From positions 23,908-87,907 of the forward strand of contig JACKLE010000006.1 in the NCBI GenBank assembly GCA_024236075.1: a stretch of 64,000 nucleotides of DNA. Reading direction: 5' to 3'. Positions 46,577 through 54,437 of the stretch are shown piece after piece. The stretch is from Alphaproteobacteria bacterium (lineage in GTDB: Bacteria; Pseudomonadota; Alphaproteobacteria; JACAEB01). A model generated the notes under the pieces. That model ran no database searches, was not told where the DNA came from, and was given only the letters and a program-made list of their open reading frames with translations. The position numbers and the translations under genes are program-made. Within the stretch, counting starts at the first letter, position 1. Each line of letters begins with the position of its first letter.

Positions 46577-47401
46577 TCACCCGCCCGCCGTGTTTATCGC
46601 GCTCTTCTCGGCGGCGACATCGGCCGCGCTCGGATCCTCGATCGTGAAGTCGGCACCATCGTCCGTCGTCGTCTGAACGACCCGCGAGACATATTGCCAG
46701 GGGTTCGCCGCGCTCAGCGTGCTGACGTAGCGCCGGCCGGACTTGGCGTGCAGGACGTTCGTGACGACCTGGCAGCTCCCGATCGCGTCCGCGTTCAGGA
46801 GCTTGACGTAGACCTTGTACTGCGTCTGCGCGACCGAGCTCGTCACGATCCACATCTCGGGCGGGCCGTCGTCCCACTCGGCACGCAGGTCGCCGGCCCA
46901 CTTCGAATTCTGCTCGCGGCGCGGGTCCATGGGCTCGGGCAGCGATCCGTCGACGCCCTTCTGCGTGTCCCAGAGGTAGAGATCGATATCGGCGCCGGGG
47001 CAGGCCCAGTTGACGCTCACGGCGAAGGCGCGCCGCTGCAGCAGCGATTTCTGCTGTTCCTTCAGGCGCTCGATCTCCTGCTCCGCCTGGTCGAGCTGCT
47101 CGCGCAGCTTGTCGAGGTCGCTCTCGGCCTTCTTGACCTCCCGGCCGGCCTCGCTCACCGCGCGCGTGATGTCGCTCGACTCGATCCCGGCACGGCGGAA
47201 CGAGCTCTCGATCTCCTTGAGGCGCGCCTGCACCGATTGAAGCTCGGCCTTGATCGCCTCGACGTTCTCCTTGTTGCCGGGGTCGGAATTGTAGTAGCGC
47301 GCGAGCACGATCATGATGATGAGGAAAGCCCCCATCGCGCCCGAGATGACGTCCATCATCGAGAGATTGAAGATGTTGATCTCGCGGCTCTTGCGGCGCA
47401 T
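46577..47401 (-). CDS. Atypical ExbD/TolR-family protein: N-terminal TM with conserved Asp, long coiled coil, ~140-aa beta-rich C-terminal domain
   Basis: Last 274 codons of track ORF 46577..48409. REINIFNLSMMDVISGAMGAFLIIMIVL matches the ExbD/TolR TM (conserved D). Then heptad-rich NKENVEAIKAELQSVQARLKEIE...ERLKEQQKSL, then a Cys/Trp-containing domain. Confidence 0.65.
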   Translation of the reverse strand: MRRKSREINIFNLSMMDVISGAMGAFLIIMIVLARYYNSDPGNKENVEAIKAELQSVQARLKEIESSFRRAGIESSDITRAVSEAGREVKKAESDLDKLREQLDQAEQEIERLKEQQKSLLQRRAFAVSVNWACPGADIDLYLWDTQKGVDGSLPEPMDPRREQNSKWAGDLRAEWDDGPPEMWIVTSSVAQTQYKVYVKLLNADAIGSCQVVTNVLHAKSGRRYVSTLSAANPWQYVSRVVQTTTDDGADFTIEDPSAADVAAEKSAINTAGG

Positions 47402-47406
47402 GCGCG

Positions 47407-48270
47407 CTATCCGAGATAGACGCGGTTGATGAGATTCTTCAGGCAGTAGTGCCCTGCCTGATTGAGCGCCATCTCCTCCTCCTTCTGCACGATGTGCTGG
47501 ATGAGGACGAGGATCGCCGACCACAGGAGCGCGATGACCGTGGTGTCGAAGGCGACGGCGAGGCTTCCCGTGATCGCCTTCAGATCCATCGAGTCCGGAT
47601 TGACGAAGGCGAGGGCGCCCGCGATGCCCACCACCGTGCCGATGAAGCCGACGGTCGGAATGACCCAGATGAGGTAGCGGATGAGCTGATAGCGCAGGTC
47701 GAGGCGCTGTCCGATGAGCTCGAGGCTCGCATTGACGACGTTGACCGCCTGGTCGACGGAACGGCTGGTCTGCAGGCGGAGGATGGCGAGATCGATGAGC
47801 GAGGGCAGGAAGCCGTTGTCGCCGTCGAAGCTCTTCGCCACGCGCCGGCGGATGGCGCCGAGATCCTTGATCTGAAGCACCGTCTCCTCGTCCTCGGGCA
47901 GGAAGCCCTGGCCGATGAAGGCGCGCTCGAAGCGCGCCACGCGAGAGCGGACGTAGAGCTCGGCGAGCCCCAGCGCGAAGAGGACGTGCATGAGGTTCTG
48001 GATCGACAGGGGATAGCCGAAGACGGGACTGCCGCGCCCGAACCAGAACGCGCCCGCGCGCCCCGTGCCCGCGACGAGCCCGAGGACGAGCACGAGGAGA
48101 ACGGCCCCGGCCGCGACGGCGACGAGGATCGCCATGCGGGGCGGGAGCCCCTGCGCCTTCAGGGCCAGCGTATGCTCGGCGAAGAGGACGCGCTTCAGGC
48201 CCGCCGCCGCGCGGCTCTTCGGCCCCGCGGCCTCTATCGGGGCCTCGCCCTCTGCCGGTGTCGTCTCCAT
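47407..48270 (-). CDS. MotA/TolQ/ExbB proton-channel family protein
   Basis: Last 287 codons of track ORF 47407..48957. Three TM segments with the TolQ/ExbB C-terminal pattern ...IPTVGFIGTVVGIAGALAFV...SLAVAFDTTVIALLWSAILVLI... Stops 5 nt before the ExbD-like start. Confidence 0.75.
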   Translation of the reverse strand: METTPAEGEAPIEAAGPKSRAAAGLKRVLFAEHTLALKAQGLPPRMAILVAVAAGAVLLVLVLGLVAGTGRAGAFWFGRGSPVFGYPLSIQNLMHVLFALGLAELYVRSRVARFERAFIGQGFLPEDEETVLQIKDLGAIRRRVAKSFDGDNGFLPSLIDLAILRLQTSRSVDQAVNVVNASLELIGQRLDLRYQLIRYLIWVIPTVGFIGTVVGIAGALAFVNPDSMDLKAITGSLAVAFDTTVIALLWSAILVLIQHIVQKEEEMALNQAGHYCLKNLINRVYLG

Positions 48271-48438
48271 GGCCGCCCCCGTTTGGAAGTGCTTCGGCGC
48301 GAAGTATAGCCGCTTCGCCGCGTTTGCCAGCGTTTCCGGGGCGGCGGGCTTCCCGCCTTCGGCGCATTGCCACCGGGCATGACCCGAGTCCATACTCCCG
48401 CCCCGACAAAGGCCCTCACCGGGAGGCACGGCCGCGCG

Positions 48439-48972
48439 ATGACCACGACAGAATATTCCGTGAAGGCGAGCGCCATTCTCGACGAGCTCGGTAGGCTCGG
48501 CGTCACCGACATCGTGACCGTGCCGGACTACGTGATGATGTCCGTGCACCACAAGGTCGAGGACGGCTATTTGAAGGGTGTGCGGAACATCAACTGCGCG
48601 ACCGAGGACGAGGTCTTCTGCGTCTGCATGGGCCTCTGGATCGGCGGGCGGGTGCCAGTGGCGCTGATGCAGAACCAGGGGCTCTTCGCGGGCTCGAACG
48701 CGCTGCGCTCGGCGGGCCTCCATGTCGGCCTGCCGCTCCTCATCCTCGCCGGCCAATGGGGGCGCGAGCTCGCCAATCTGGGCAAGGACCCGGGCGGCTC
48801 GGCGCGCCGCGAGGTGCGCATGACCGAGCCCCTGCTCGACGCCATGGAGGTGCCGCGCTACCGCCTCGAGCATCCGCGCGACATCGGCGTCATCGGCGAG
48901 GCCTTCAGGCGCGCGCAGAAGGAATCGAAGCCGGTGTGCGTCCTCGTCGGCGCGCATACGGCCTATGCGTGA
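48439..48972 (+). CDS. TPP-dependent decarboxylase alpha subunit (sulfopyruvate/phosphonopyruvate decarboxylase ComD-like; TPP_enzyme_N)
   Basis: Internal ATG of track ORF 48367..48972. ...TDIVTVPDYVMMSVHHKV...CATEDEVFCVCMGLWIGG... is a pyrimidine-binding half-domain of split TPP enzymes. Confidence 0.65.
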   Translation: MTTTEYSVKASAILDELGRLGVTDIVTVPDYVMMSVHHKVEDGYLKGVRNINCATEDEVFCVCMGLWIGGRVPVALMQNQGLFAGSNALRSAGLHVGLPLLILAGQWGRELANLGKDPGGSARREVRMTEPLLDAMEVPRYRLEHPRDIGVIGEAFRRAQKESKPVCVLVGAHTAYA

Positions 48973-48989
48973 GAGATGAGGATTTCACG

Positions 48990-49595
48990 ATGAGCATGCT
49001 CAACCGCGAGGCCGTCGGCCTCATCGCCGCCCGCCGCGAGGGCGCGGTCGTCGTCACGACCATGTCCTCGATCTTCTCGGTGATGGATCTCTCGCCCTCG
49101 CCGCTCAATGTGCGGGTGGCTCCGCTCATGGGCGGCGCGTCCTCCATCGGCCTCGGCATCGCCCTCGCGCGTCCCGATCGCAAGGTCATCGTGCTCGACG
49201 GCGACGGCTCGCTCGCCATGCAGCTCGGCACGCTCCTCACCGTCGCCGAAGCGGCGCCCGCGAACTACTACCATTTCGTCTTCCACAACGGGCTTCTCTA
49301 CGAGGGCGGCGGGCGCGTGCACATCGCGGGCGCGCAGAAGCCGGACTTCTGCGGCCTCGCGCGCTCGGCCGGCTATCGCTCCGTGCACGATTTCTCGACG
49401 AAGGAGTCGCTGGAGAAAGGTCTGCCCGGCCTTCTCGCCGAACGGGGGCCGGTCTTCGCGCGCCTGGAGATCGCGCTGCCCGCGACGCCCCGCTGGTCGG
49501 AGAACAATCCGCAAGGGGAGCTTCCCGACTGGTGGTTCGCGCAGATGCCGGACGATGCCCGCGCCTGCAAGGAGGCGCTCGCGCGGGCGCGCTGA
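48990..49595 (+). CDS. TPP-dependent decarboxylase beta subunit (ComE-like; TPP_enzyme_C)
   Basis: In frame within track ORF 48756..49595. MSMLNREAVG start with RBS. GDGS TPP-diphosphate-binding motif (...KVIVLDGDGSLAMQLGTL...). Confidence 0.65.
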   Translation: MSMLNREAVGLIAARREGAVVVTTMSSIFSVMDLSPSPLNVRVAPLMGGASSIGLGIALARPDRKVIVLDGDGSLAMQLGTLLTVAEAAPANYYHFVFHNGLLYEGGGRVHIAGAQKPDFCGLARSAGYRSVHDFSTKESLEKGLPGLLAERGPVFARLEIALPATPRWSENNPQGELPDWWFAQMPDDARACKEALARAR

Positions 49596-49600
49596 CGGGC

Positions 49601-50164
49601 CTACTCCACGGCCTCGTCCGGATAGACGCCGTAGATCATGCTCCGCTCGATCCAGCCGTCGTAGCGCTCGGTCGAGATGCGGCACCAGGCGCCCTCGCAG
49701 CGCTCGAGGCGCGCGAGCACGCCCGCCTCGAGCCGCGCCACGGGCACGGCTTCGGGCTCAGGCCGGCGCATGAGGAGGGCATATTCCGTCGTCACCGCCA
49801 TGCGCCGGCCCTGCAGGAGGTCCTTGTGGATCCATCCCTCCTCGCCGTCCCTGTCGCGCACCTTGCGCCAGTGCTCGAACTCGGCGGTGATCTCGACGGG
49901 CCAGCCGCGGCGCTGATAGGTCCACGAGATCGGATAGTCCGTCCCCGGACCGGAGCGCATGTTGACGCTCGAGGATTTGAGGCTCACGAAGCGCGGCAGG
50001 GGCAGCCCGCTCGGACCGGTCGCCTGCACCGCGGGGGCCGCCTCCGCGTCCTGCGCGACGGCGGGCGCGGAGCCGAGAAGCGCGAGCGCCACGAGCGGGG
50101 CCGCAAGGGCCGAGAACGGCGAAAGCCGCGCGCGGTTCGGAACGGTCGGGCATCGCCGGGTCAT
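49601..50164 (-). CDS. Secreted SH3b-like domain protein
   Basis: Track ORF 49601..50200(-). Start at MTRRCPTVPNRARLSPFSALAAPLVALALLGSAPAVA (signal). ...PRFVSLKSSSVNMRSGPGTDYPISWTYQRRGWPVEI... is SH3b-like. Confidence 0.6.
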   Translation of the reverse strand: MTRRCPTVPNRARLSPFSALAAPLVALALLGSAPAVAQDAEAAPAVQATGPSGLPLPRFVSLKSSSVNMRSGPGTDYPISWTYQRRGWPVEITAEFEHWRKVRDRDGEEGWIHKDLLQGRRMAVTTEYALLMRRPEPEAVPVARLEAGVLARLERCEGAWCRISTERYDGWIERSMIYGVYPDEAVE

Positions 50165-50316
50165 GAGGCATGGGTACGCCGAAGCGCGCCGGGGGATCAA
50201 GGCCTTCGGGCCGCCGGGCCCGCCCGCCTTGTGGATTTTGCGCGCCCCGCCGGGCCGAATCGGGACGCCGGCCGGGGTTTGTGTCGCCGCGCTCTTGTTG
50301 CTAAACCACGCTCGCC

Positions 50317-51303
50317 ATGACCCGCAAAAAGCCGCTCGTCGTCGTCACGCGCAAGCTTCCGGAAGCCACCGAGACGCGGATGCGCGAGCTTTTCGACGCG
50401 CGCCTCAATGTCGGCGACGCGGCGATGGACCGGGCGGCCCTCGCCGCCGCCATGGCCGAGGCCGACGTCCTCGTTCCGACGGTCACGGACCGCATCGACG
50501 CCTCCCTCATCGCCGAGGCGGGCGGGCGCCTCAAGCTCATCGCCAATTTTGGCAACGGCGTCGACAATATCGACGTGGTCGCGGCGCATCGGCGCGGCAT
50601 CATGGTGACGAACACGCCGGGCGTCCTCACCGAGGATACGGCGGACATGACCATGGGGCTCATCCTCGCCGTGCCGCGCCGGCTCGTCGAAGGGGCCAAG
50701 ACCGTCGAGGCCGGGGAGTGGCGCGGCTGGTCGCCGACCTGGATGCTCGGCCACCGGCTGGGGGGCAAGCGGCTCGGCATCATCGGCATGGGACGCATCG
50801 GCTCGGCCGTCGCGCGCCGCGCGCGCGCCTTCGGGCTGCAGATCCACTACCACAACCGGCACCGGGCGAACGCGCTCCTCGAGGAGGAGCTCGAGGCGAC
50901 CTTCTGGGAGAGCCTCGACCAGATGCTCGTCCGCATGGACATCGTCTCGGTGAACTGCCCCCACACGCCCGCAACCTTCCACCTCCTCTCGGCGCGCCGG
51001 CTGAAGCTGATGAAGCCCTCGGCCTATATCGTCAACACCGCGCGCGGCGAGGTGATCGACGAGGCCGCGCTCGCCAACATGCTCGAGGAGGGCCTTCTCG
51101 CGGGGGCCGGCCTCGACGTCTTCGAGCACGAGCCGGCCGTCAATCCGAAGCTCCTGAAGCATCCGGGCGTCGTGCTGCTGCCCCATCTCGGCTCCGCGAC
51201 CCTCGAGGGCCGCATCGAGATGGGCGAGCGCGTCATCATCAACATCAAGGTCTTCACCGACGGCGAGCGGCCCCCGAACCGCGTCCTGCCGACGGACATC
51301 TGA
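50317..51303 (+). CDS. Glyoxylate/hydroxypyruvate reductase (D-2-hydroxyacid dehydrogenase family)
   Basis: ORF track 50317..51303(+). NAD-binding GIIGMGRIGSAVARRA. Catalytic R/E/H triad context. Confidence 0.85.
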   Translation: MTRKKPLVVVTRKLPEATETRMRELFDARLNVGDAAMDRAALAAAMAEADVLVPTVTDRIDASLIAEAGGRLKLIANFGNGVDNIDVVAAHRRGIMVTNTPGVLTEDTADMTMGLILAVPRRLVEGAKTVEAGEWRGWSPTWMLGHRLGGKRLGIIGMGRIGSAVARRARAFGLQIHYHNRHRANALLEEELEATFWESLDQMLVRMDIVSVNCPHTPATFHLLSARRLKLMKPSAYIVNTARGEVIDEAALANMLEEGLLAGAGLDVFEHEPAVNPKLLKHPGVVLLPHLGSATLEGRIEMGERVIINIKVFTDGERPPNRVLPTDI

Positions 51304-51322
51304 GGCGCGCCGGCCTCGTGGC

Positions 51323-51400
51323 CGGCACGGCCGCATGAAGGCCCCCGCGGCCGTCAGGGCCGCATGAAAGCCCCTGCGACCGTCAGGGCCGCATGAAAGC
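51323..51400. repeat. Tandem direct repeat, 29-bp unit x ~2.7 (CGTCAGGGCCGCATGAAAGCCCCTGCGAC), each copy able to form a short hairpin
   Basis: Read directly from the sequence. Occupies the gap between convergent genes. The last copy encodes the C-terminus (AFMRP) of the small ORF 51383..51601. Confidence 0.6.
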
Positions 51401-51601
51401 ATAGTCCGTATCGGGGTCGACATTGTCGGCGGCGGCAAGGATTTCCGCGCGCACATCCGCGACCGGGCGCTCCTTGAGCCAGGTCTCGACGACGAGCGAG
51501 AGCATGGCGCGCGCGAGCGTGTCGGGCGCGTGGCTCGCCGCTCCGCCTTCCGCGAGGGCGGCCTCGAAATGGCGCCGGGCGATCTCGGATGCGGTGGACA
51601 T
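51383..51601 (-). CDS. Small hypothetical protein (72 aa)
   Basis: ORF track 51383..51601(-). Strong Shine-Dalgarno (AGGAGGAGG) 5-8 nt upstream of the ATG. Acidic alpha-helical composition. Confidence 0.45.
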   Translation of the reverse strand: MSTASEIARRHFEAALAEGGAASHAPDTLARAMLSLVVETWLKERPVADVRAEILAAADNVDPDTDYAFMRP

Positions 51602-51679
51602 GGCCTCCTCCTTTCCTCGCGACAGCGCGATGTGAGCCGGCGGAGGGGCGTCGGTCCTTGATCGGGATCAAGGTGCGGG

Positions 51680-53497
51680 TCAGGCCTGGATGAAGCCGCC
51701 GACCTGGGTGCGCCAGAGGCGGGCATAGGCGCCTTCGCGCGCGAGGAGCTCGGCGTGGCTCCCTTCCTCGACGATCTCGCCACGGTCGAGCACGACGATG
51801 CGGTCCATGCCGACGAGGGTCGACAGGCGGTGCGCGATGGCGATGACCGTGCGCCCTTTCATGAGATCGAAGAGGGCGGCCTGGATGCGGTGCTCGCTCT
51901 CCGAGTCGAGCGCCGAGGTCGCCTCGTCGAGGACGAGGATGGGCGCGTCCTTGATGAAGGCGCGCGCGATGGCGATGCGCTGCCTCTCGCCGCCCGAGAG
52001 CTTGATGCCCTGCTCGCCGACGATGGTCTGATAGCCTTCCCTCCGTGCCGTGATGAAATCGTGGGCATGGGCGGCGCGCGCCGCCTCCTCGATTTCCTCG
52101 CGCGCCGCCTCGAGGCGCGCGTAGCGGATATTCTCGCCGACGGGGCGGTGGAAGACGCCGGTCGCCTGCGGCACCTCCGCGATCGCCTCGTTGACGCTGT
52201 CCCAATTGACCTTGGTGATGTCCTGGCCGTCGATGAGGATGCGGCCCCCCTGCGGCTCGAACTGCCGGCGCAGGAGCTTCACCAGCGTCGACTTGCCGGC
52301 GCCCGAGCGCCCGACCAGTCCCACCTTCTCGCCGCCGGCGATGGCGAGGGTGAGGTCGCAAAAGACCGCCGAGCCGTCGGGGTGACGGAAGGAGACGTGA
52401 TCGAAGAGGATCGCGCCCTCGCGCACGACGAGCCGCGCCGCTCCCTCCTCGTCCTTGATCTCGTGGGGCTCGCTCACGAGCTCGAGCGCCTCGGCGAGCG
52501 TTCCGAGCTGTTCGAAGAAGTCGAGCATGCGATAAGAGAGCTCCTGGATCGAGCGCGCGATGAGGTTCGCGAGCAGGAAGACCATGGCGAAGCTGCCGAC
52601 CGAGAGCGCGCCCGCGAGCGTGTCGCGCGCCGCGAGCGCGATGAGCGAAAGCTGCATGAGGATGGTCGCCGTGCTCATGAAGGCGCGCATGCCGATCAGG
52701 AAGCCGCGCAGCGCGTGGCTCGCATCGCGTTCGCGGTCGAGGAAGCCCGCGAGGAAGCGCCGCTCGAACGCCGATTTGGCGAAGGCGCGGATGAGGTCGG
52801 CATTGGTGATGGCGTCGATGAGGCGGCCCGTCGAGGTCGAGACCTCGTCGGAGAGCGTCTTCGAGTGGCGCACGCAGGCGCGCGCGAGGCGCTGCACCAC
52901 CGCGAGATAGACGGCGCACCAAAGGACGAGAAGCGCCGCATACTGCCAATGCTCGAGCGCGAGCATGACGCTGCCCGCCGCAATGAGCGTCACGACGCGC
53001 ACCGCCTCGAAGGCGAGGATCGAGAGGATCGCGATGGTGCTCTGGCCCGCCTGCTTCACCTTCTGGCCGAGCTTGCCCGCGAAGGTGTCCTGGAAGTATC
53101 GCGGGCTGTGGCCGAGGAGGTAGCTGAAGAGGTAGCCCTGCGCGAGCAGGCGCAGCTCGGGCCCCGTGCGCAGATCGGCATATTCGAAGGCGCGGTAGAG
53201 GGCGGAGCCGGCCCCCCAGACGAGGGCGAGCGTCGCGAGCCAGGGCAGGATCAGCGCGAAGCTCGTGCCGCCGCTCTCGACGGCGCGCGTCATGGCGTTG
53301 ATGACCCCGCGCAGGACGTAGGGCCCGTAGGCGTCGAAGAGGCTCGCAAGCCCGGCGAGCGCGACCATCGCCGCGACGCGCGCCGGCGCGTGGGTGCGAA
53401 TGAGAAACCACAGAAAGGCGAACGGCCCGCGCGGCAGGGCCGTCACGGGCGCGTCGGCAAGAAGCGGGTTGGCGGGCCTTTCGGCGGGGGCACTCAT
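51680..53497 (-). CDS. ABC exporter, fused permease/ATPase (MsbA/type-I exporter family)
   Basis: Track ORF 51680..53560(-, TTG). Conservative start at ATG 53497 (MSAPAERPANPLL). 6-TM domain. Walker A GRSGAGKST, signature LSGGERQR, Walker B ILVLDEATSALD. Confidence 0.85.
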   Translation of the reverse strand: MSAPAERPANPLLADAPVTALPRGPFAFLWFLIRTHAPARVAAMVALAGLASLFDAYGPYVLRGVINAMTRAVESGGTSFALILPWLATLALVWGAGSALYRAFEYADLRTGPELRLLAQGYLFSYLLGHSPRYFQDTFAGKLGQKVKQAGQSTIAILSILAFEAVRVVTLIAAGSVMLALEHWQYAALLVLWCAVYLAVVQRLARACVRHSKTLSDEVSTSTGRLIDAITNADLIRAFAKSAFERRFLAGFLDRERDASHALRGFLIGMRAFMSTATILMQLSLIALAARDTLAGALSVGSFAMVFLLANLIARSIQELSYRMLDFFEQLGTLAEALELVSEPHEIKDEEGAARLVVREGAILFDHVSFRHPDGSAVFCDLTLAIAGGEKVGLVGRSGAGKSTLVKLLRRQFEPQGGRILIDGQDITKVNWDSVNEAIAEVPQATGVFHRPVGENIRYARLEAAREEIEEAARAAHAHDFITARREGYQTIVGEQGIKLSGGERQRIAIARAFIKDAPILVLDEATSALDSESEHRIQAALFDLMKGRTVIAIAHRLSTLVGMDRIVVLDRGEIVEEGSHAELLAREGAYARLWRTQVGGFIQA

Positions 53498-53500
53498 CGT

Positions 53501-53520
53501 CGTTTTCGTTTTCGTTTTCG
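53501..53520. repeat. Hexanucleotide SSR (CGTTTT)3 immediately 5' of the ABC exporter ATG (encodes KTKTKT if the TTG start at 53560 is used)
   Basis: Read directly from the sequence. Confidence 0.6.
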
Positions 53521-53627
53521 CTCGCGCGGCGGATCTTGCGTGTGCGGGGCCGTTCGGCAAGCGAAAATTCTTGCCCGGGCGCCTTGGGGCCCTGCCGCAG
53601 ACATCGTTTGGACTGGCCCGGGCGCGC

Positions 53628-54383
53628 TCAGCTTCGGGCCGCGCCGCCGCAGGCGGGGCAGTCCGGGTCGGGCGGCAGCGTCAGCATGCGGACGTGAAGT
53701 CCCGCCGCCTCGACGAGGAGCAGCTTGCCGGCGAGGCTCTCGCCGAGCTCCAGAAGCTCCGCAAGCGCCGCATTGGCCTGCATCGTGCCGAGAAGGCCCG
53801 TGACCGTGCCGAGAATGCCTTGCGTCGCGCAGACCTCGTCCTCGCCCGGCGGCTCGGGGTAGAGGCAGCGATAGCAGGGCCGTCCCTTGAAGACGGCGAG
53901 CTGCCCGTCGAAGCGCCCCACCGCCGCGGAGACGAGCGTGATCCCGGCGCGCACGCAGGCATCGCTCACGGCGGCGCGCGTGAGGAAATTGTCCGAGCCG
54001 TCGCAGACGAGATCGCAGCCCGCGACGAGGCCTTCCGCATTCTCCGGCGCGAGGCGCACCGCACGGGCCTCGACCCTGACATGTGGGTTCAGGGCCGCGA
54101 GCCGTTCCGTCGCCGCCTCCACCTTTGGCCGGCCCAGATCCTCGACCGTGTAGAGCACCTGGCGCTGGAGGTTGGAGAGCGCGACCTTGTCGTCGTCGAC
54201 GATGCGCAGGGCGCCCACCCCCGCCGCCGCGAGATAGAGAAGGAGCGGGCTCCCGAGGCCGCCCGCGCCGATCACGGCGACGCGCGCGCCCTTCAGTCGC
54301 TGCTGTCCCGCGCCGCCCACCTCCTTCAAAAGGATGTGGCGCTGATAGCGCTTCAGCTCGTCGTCGGTGAGGGGAAGGACCAT
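53628..54383 (-). CDS. moeB: Molybdopterin-synthase adenylyltransferase (ThiF/MoeB E1-like)
   Basis: Track ORF 53628..54419(-). Start at MVLPLTDDELKRYQRHIL. GAGGLGSP nucleotide loop. CxxC...CxxC zinc motif (CYRC...CPAC). Confidence 0.8.
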   Translation of the reverse strand: MVLPLTDDELKRYQRHILLKEVGGAGQQRLKGARVAVIGAGGLGSPLLLYLAAAGVGALRIVDDDKVALSNLQRQVLYTVEDLGRPKVEAATERLAALNPHVRVEARAVRLAPENAEGLVAGCDLVCDGSDNFLTRAAVSDACVRAGITLVSAAVGRFDGQLAVFKGRPCYRCLYPEPPGEDEVCATQGILGTVTGLLGTMQANAALAELLELGESLAGKLLLVEAAGLHVRMLTLPPDPDCPACGGAARS

Positions 54384-54437
54384 GCGCGCACTATGGCGCG
54401 CATGGTTTGCGGGCGGCAAGCGCGCCGCCTGCTCTCC

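Noticed and set aside
46577-48270. Possible Zorya (ZorA/ZorB) anti-phage system
   Set aside because: The MotA-like protein is ExbB/TolQ-sized (287 aa) without the long cytoplasmic tail of ZorA. The partner has an ExbD/TolR-type TM and no OmpA-like peptidoglycan-binding domain. No ZorC/D/E-like helicase or nuclease genes are adjacent. Kept as a finding only as an uncharacterised Exb/Tol-like module.
51323-51400. CRISPR array
   Set aside because: Only ~2.7 directly adjacent copies of a 29-bp unit with no unique spacers and no cas genes anywhere in the window. This is a simple tandem repeat.
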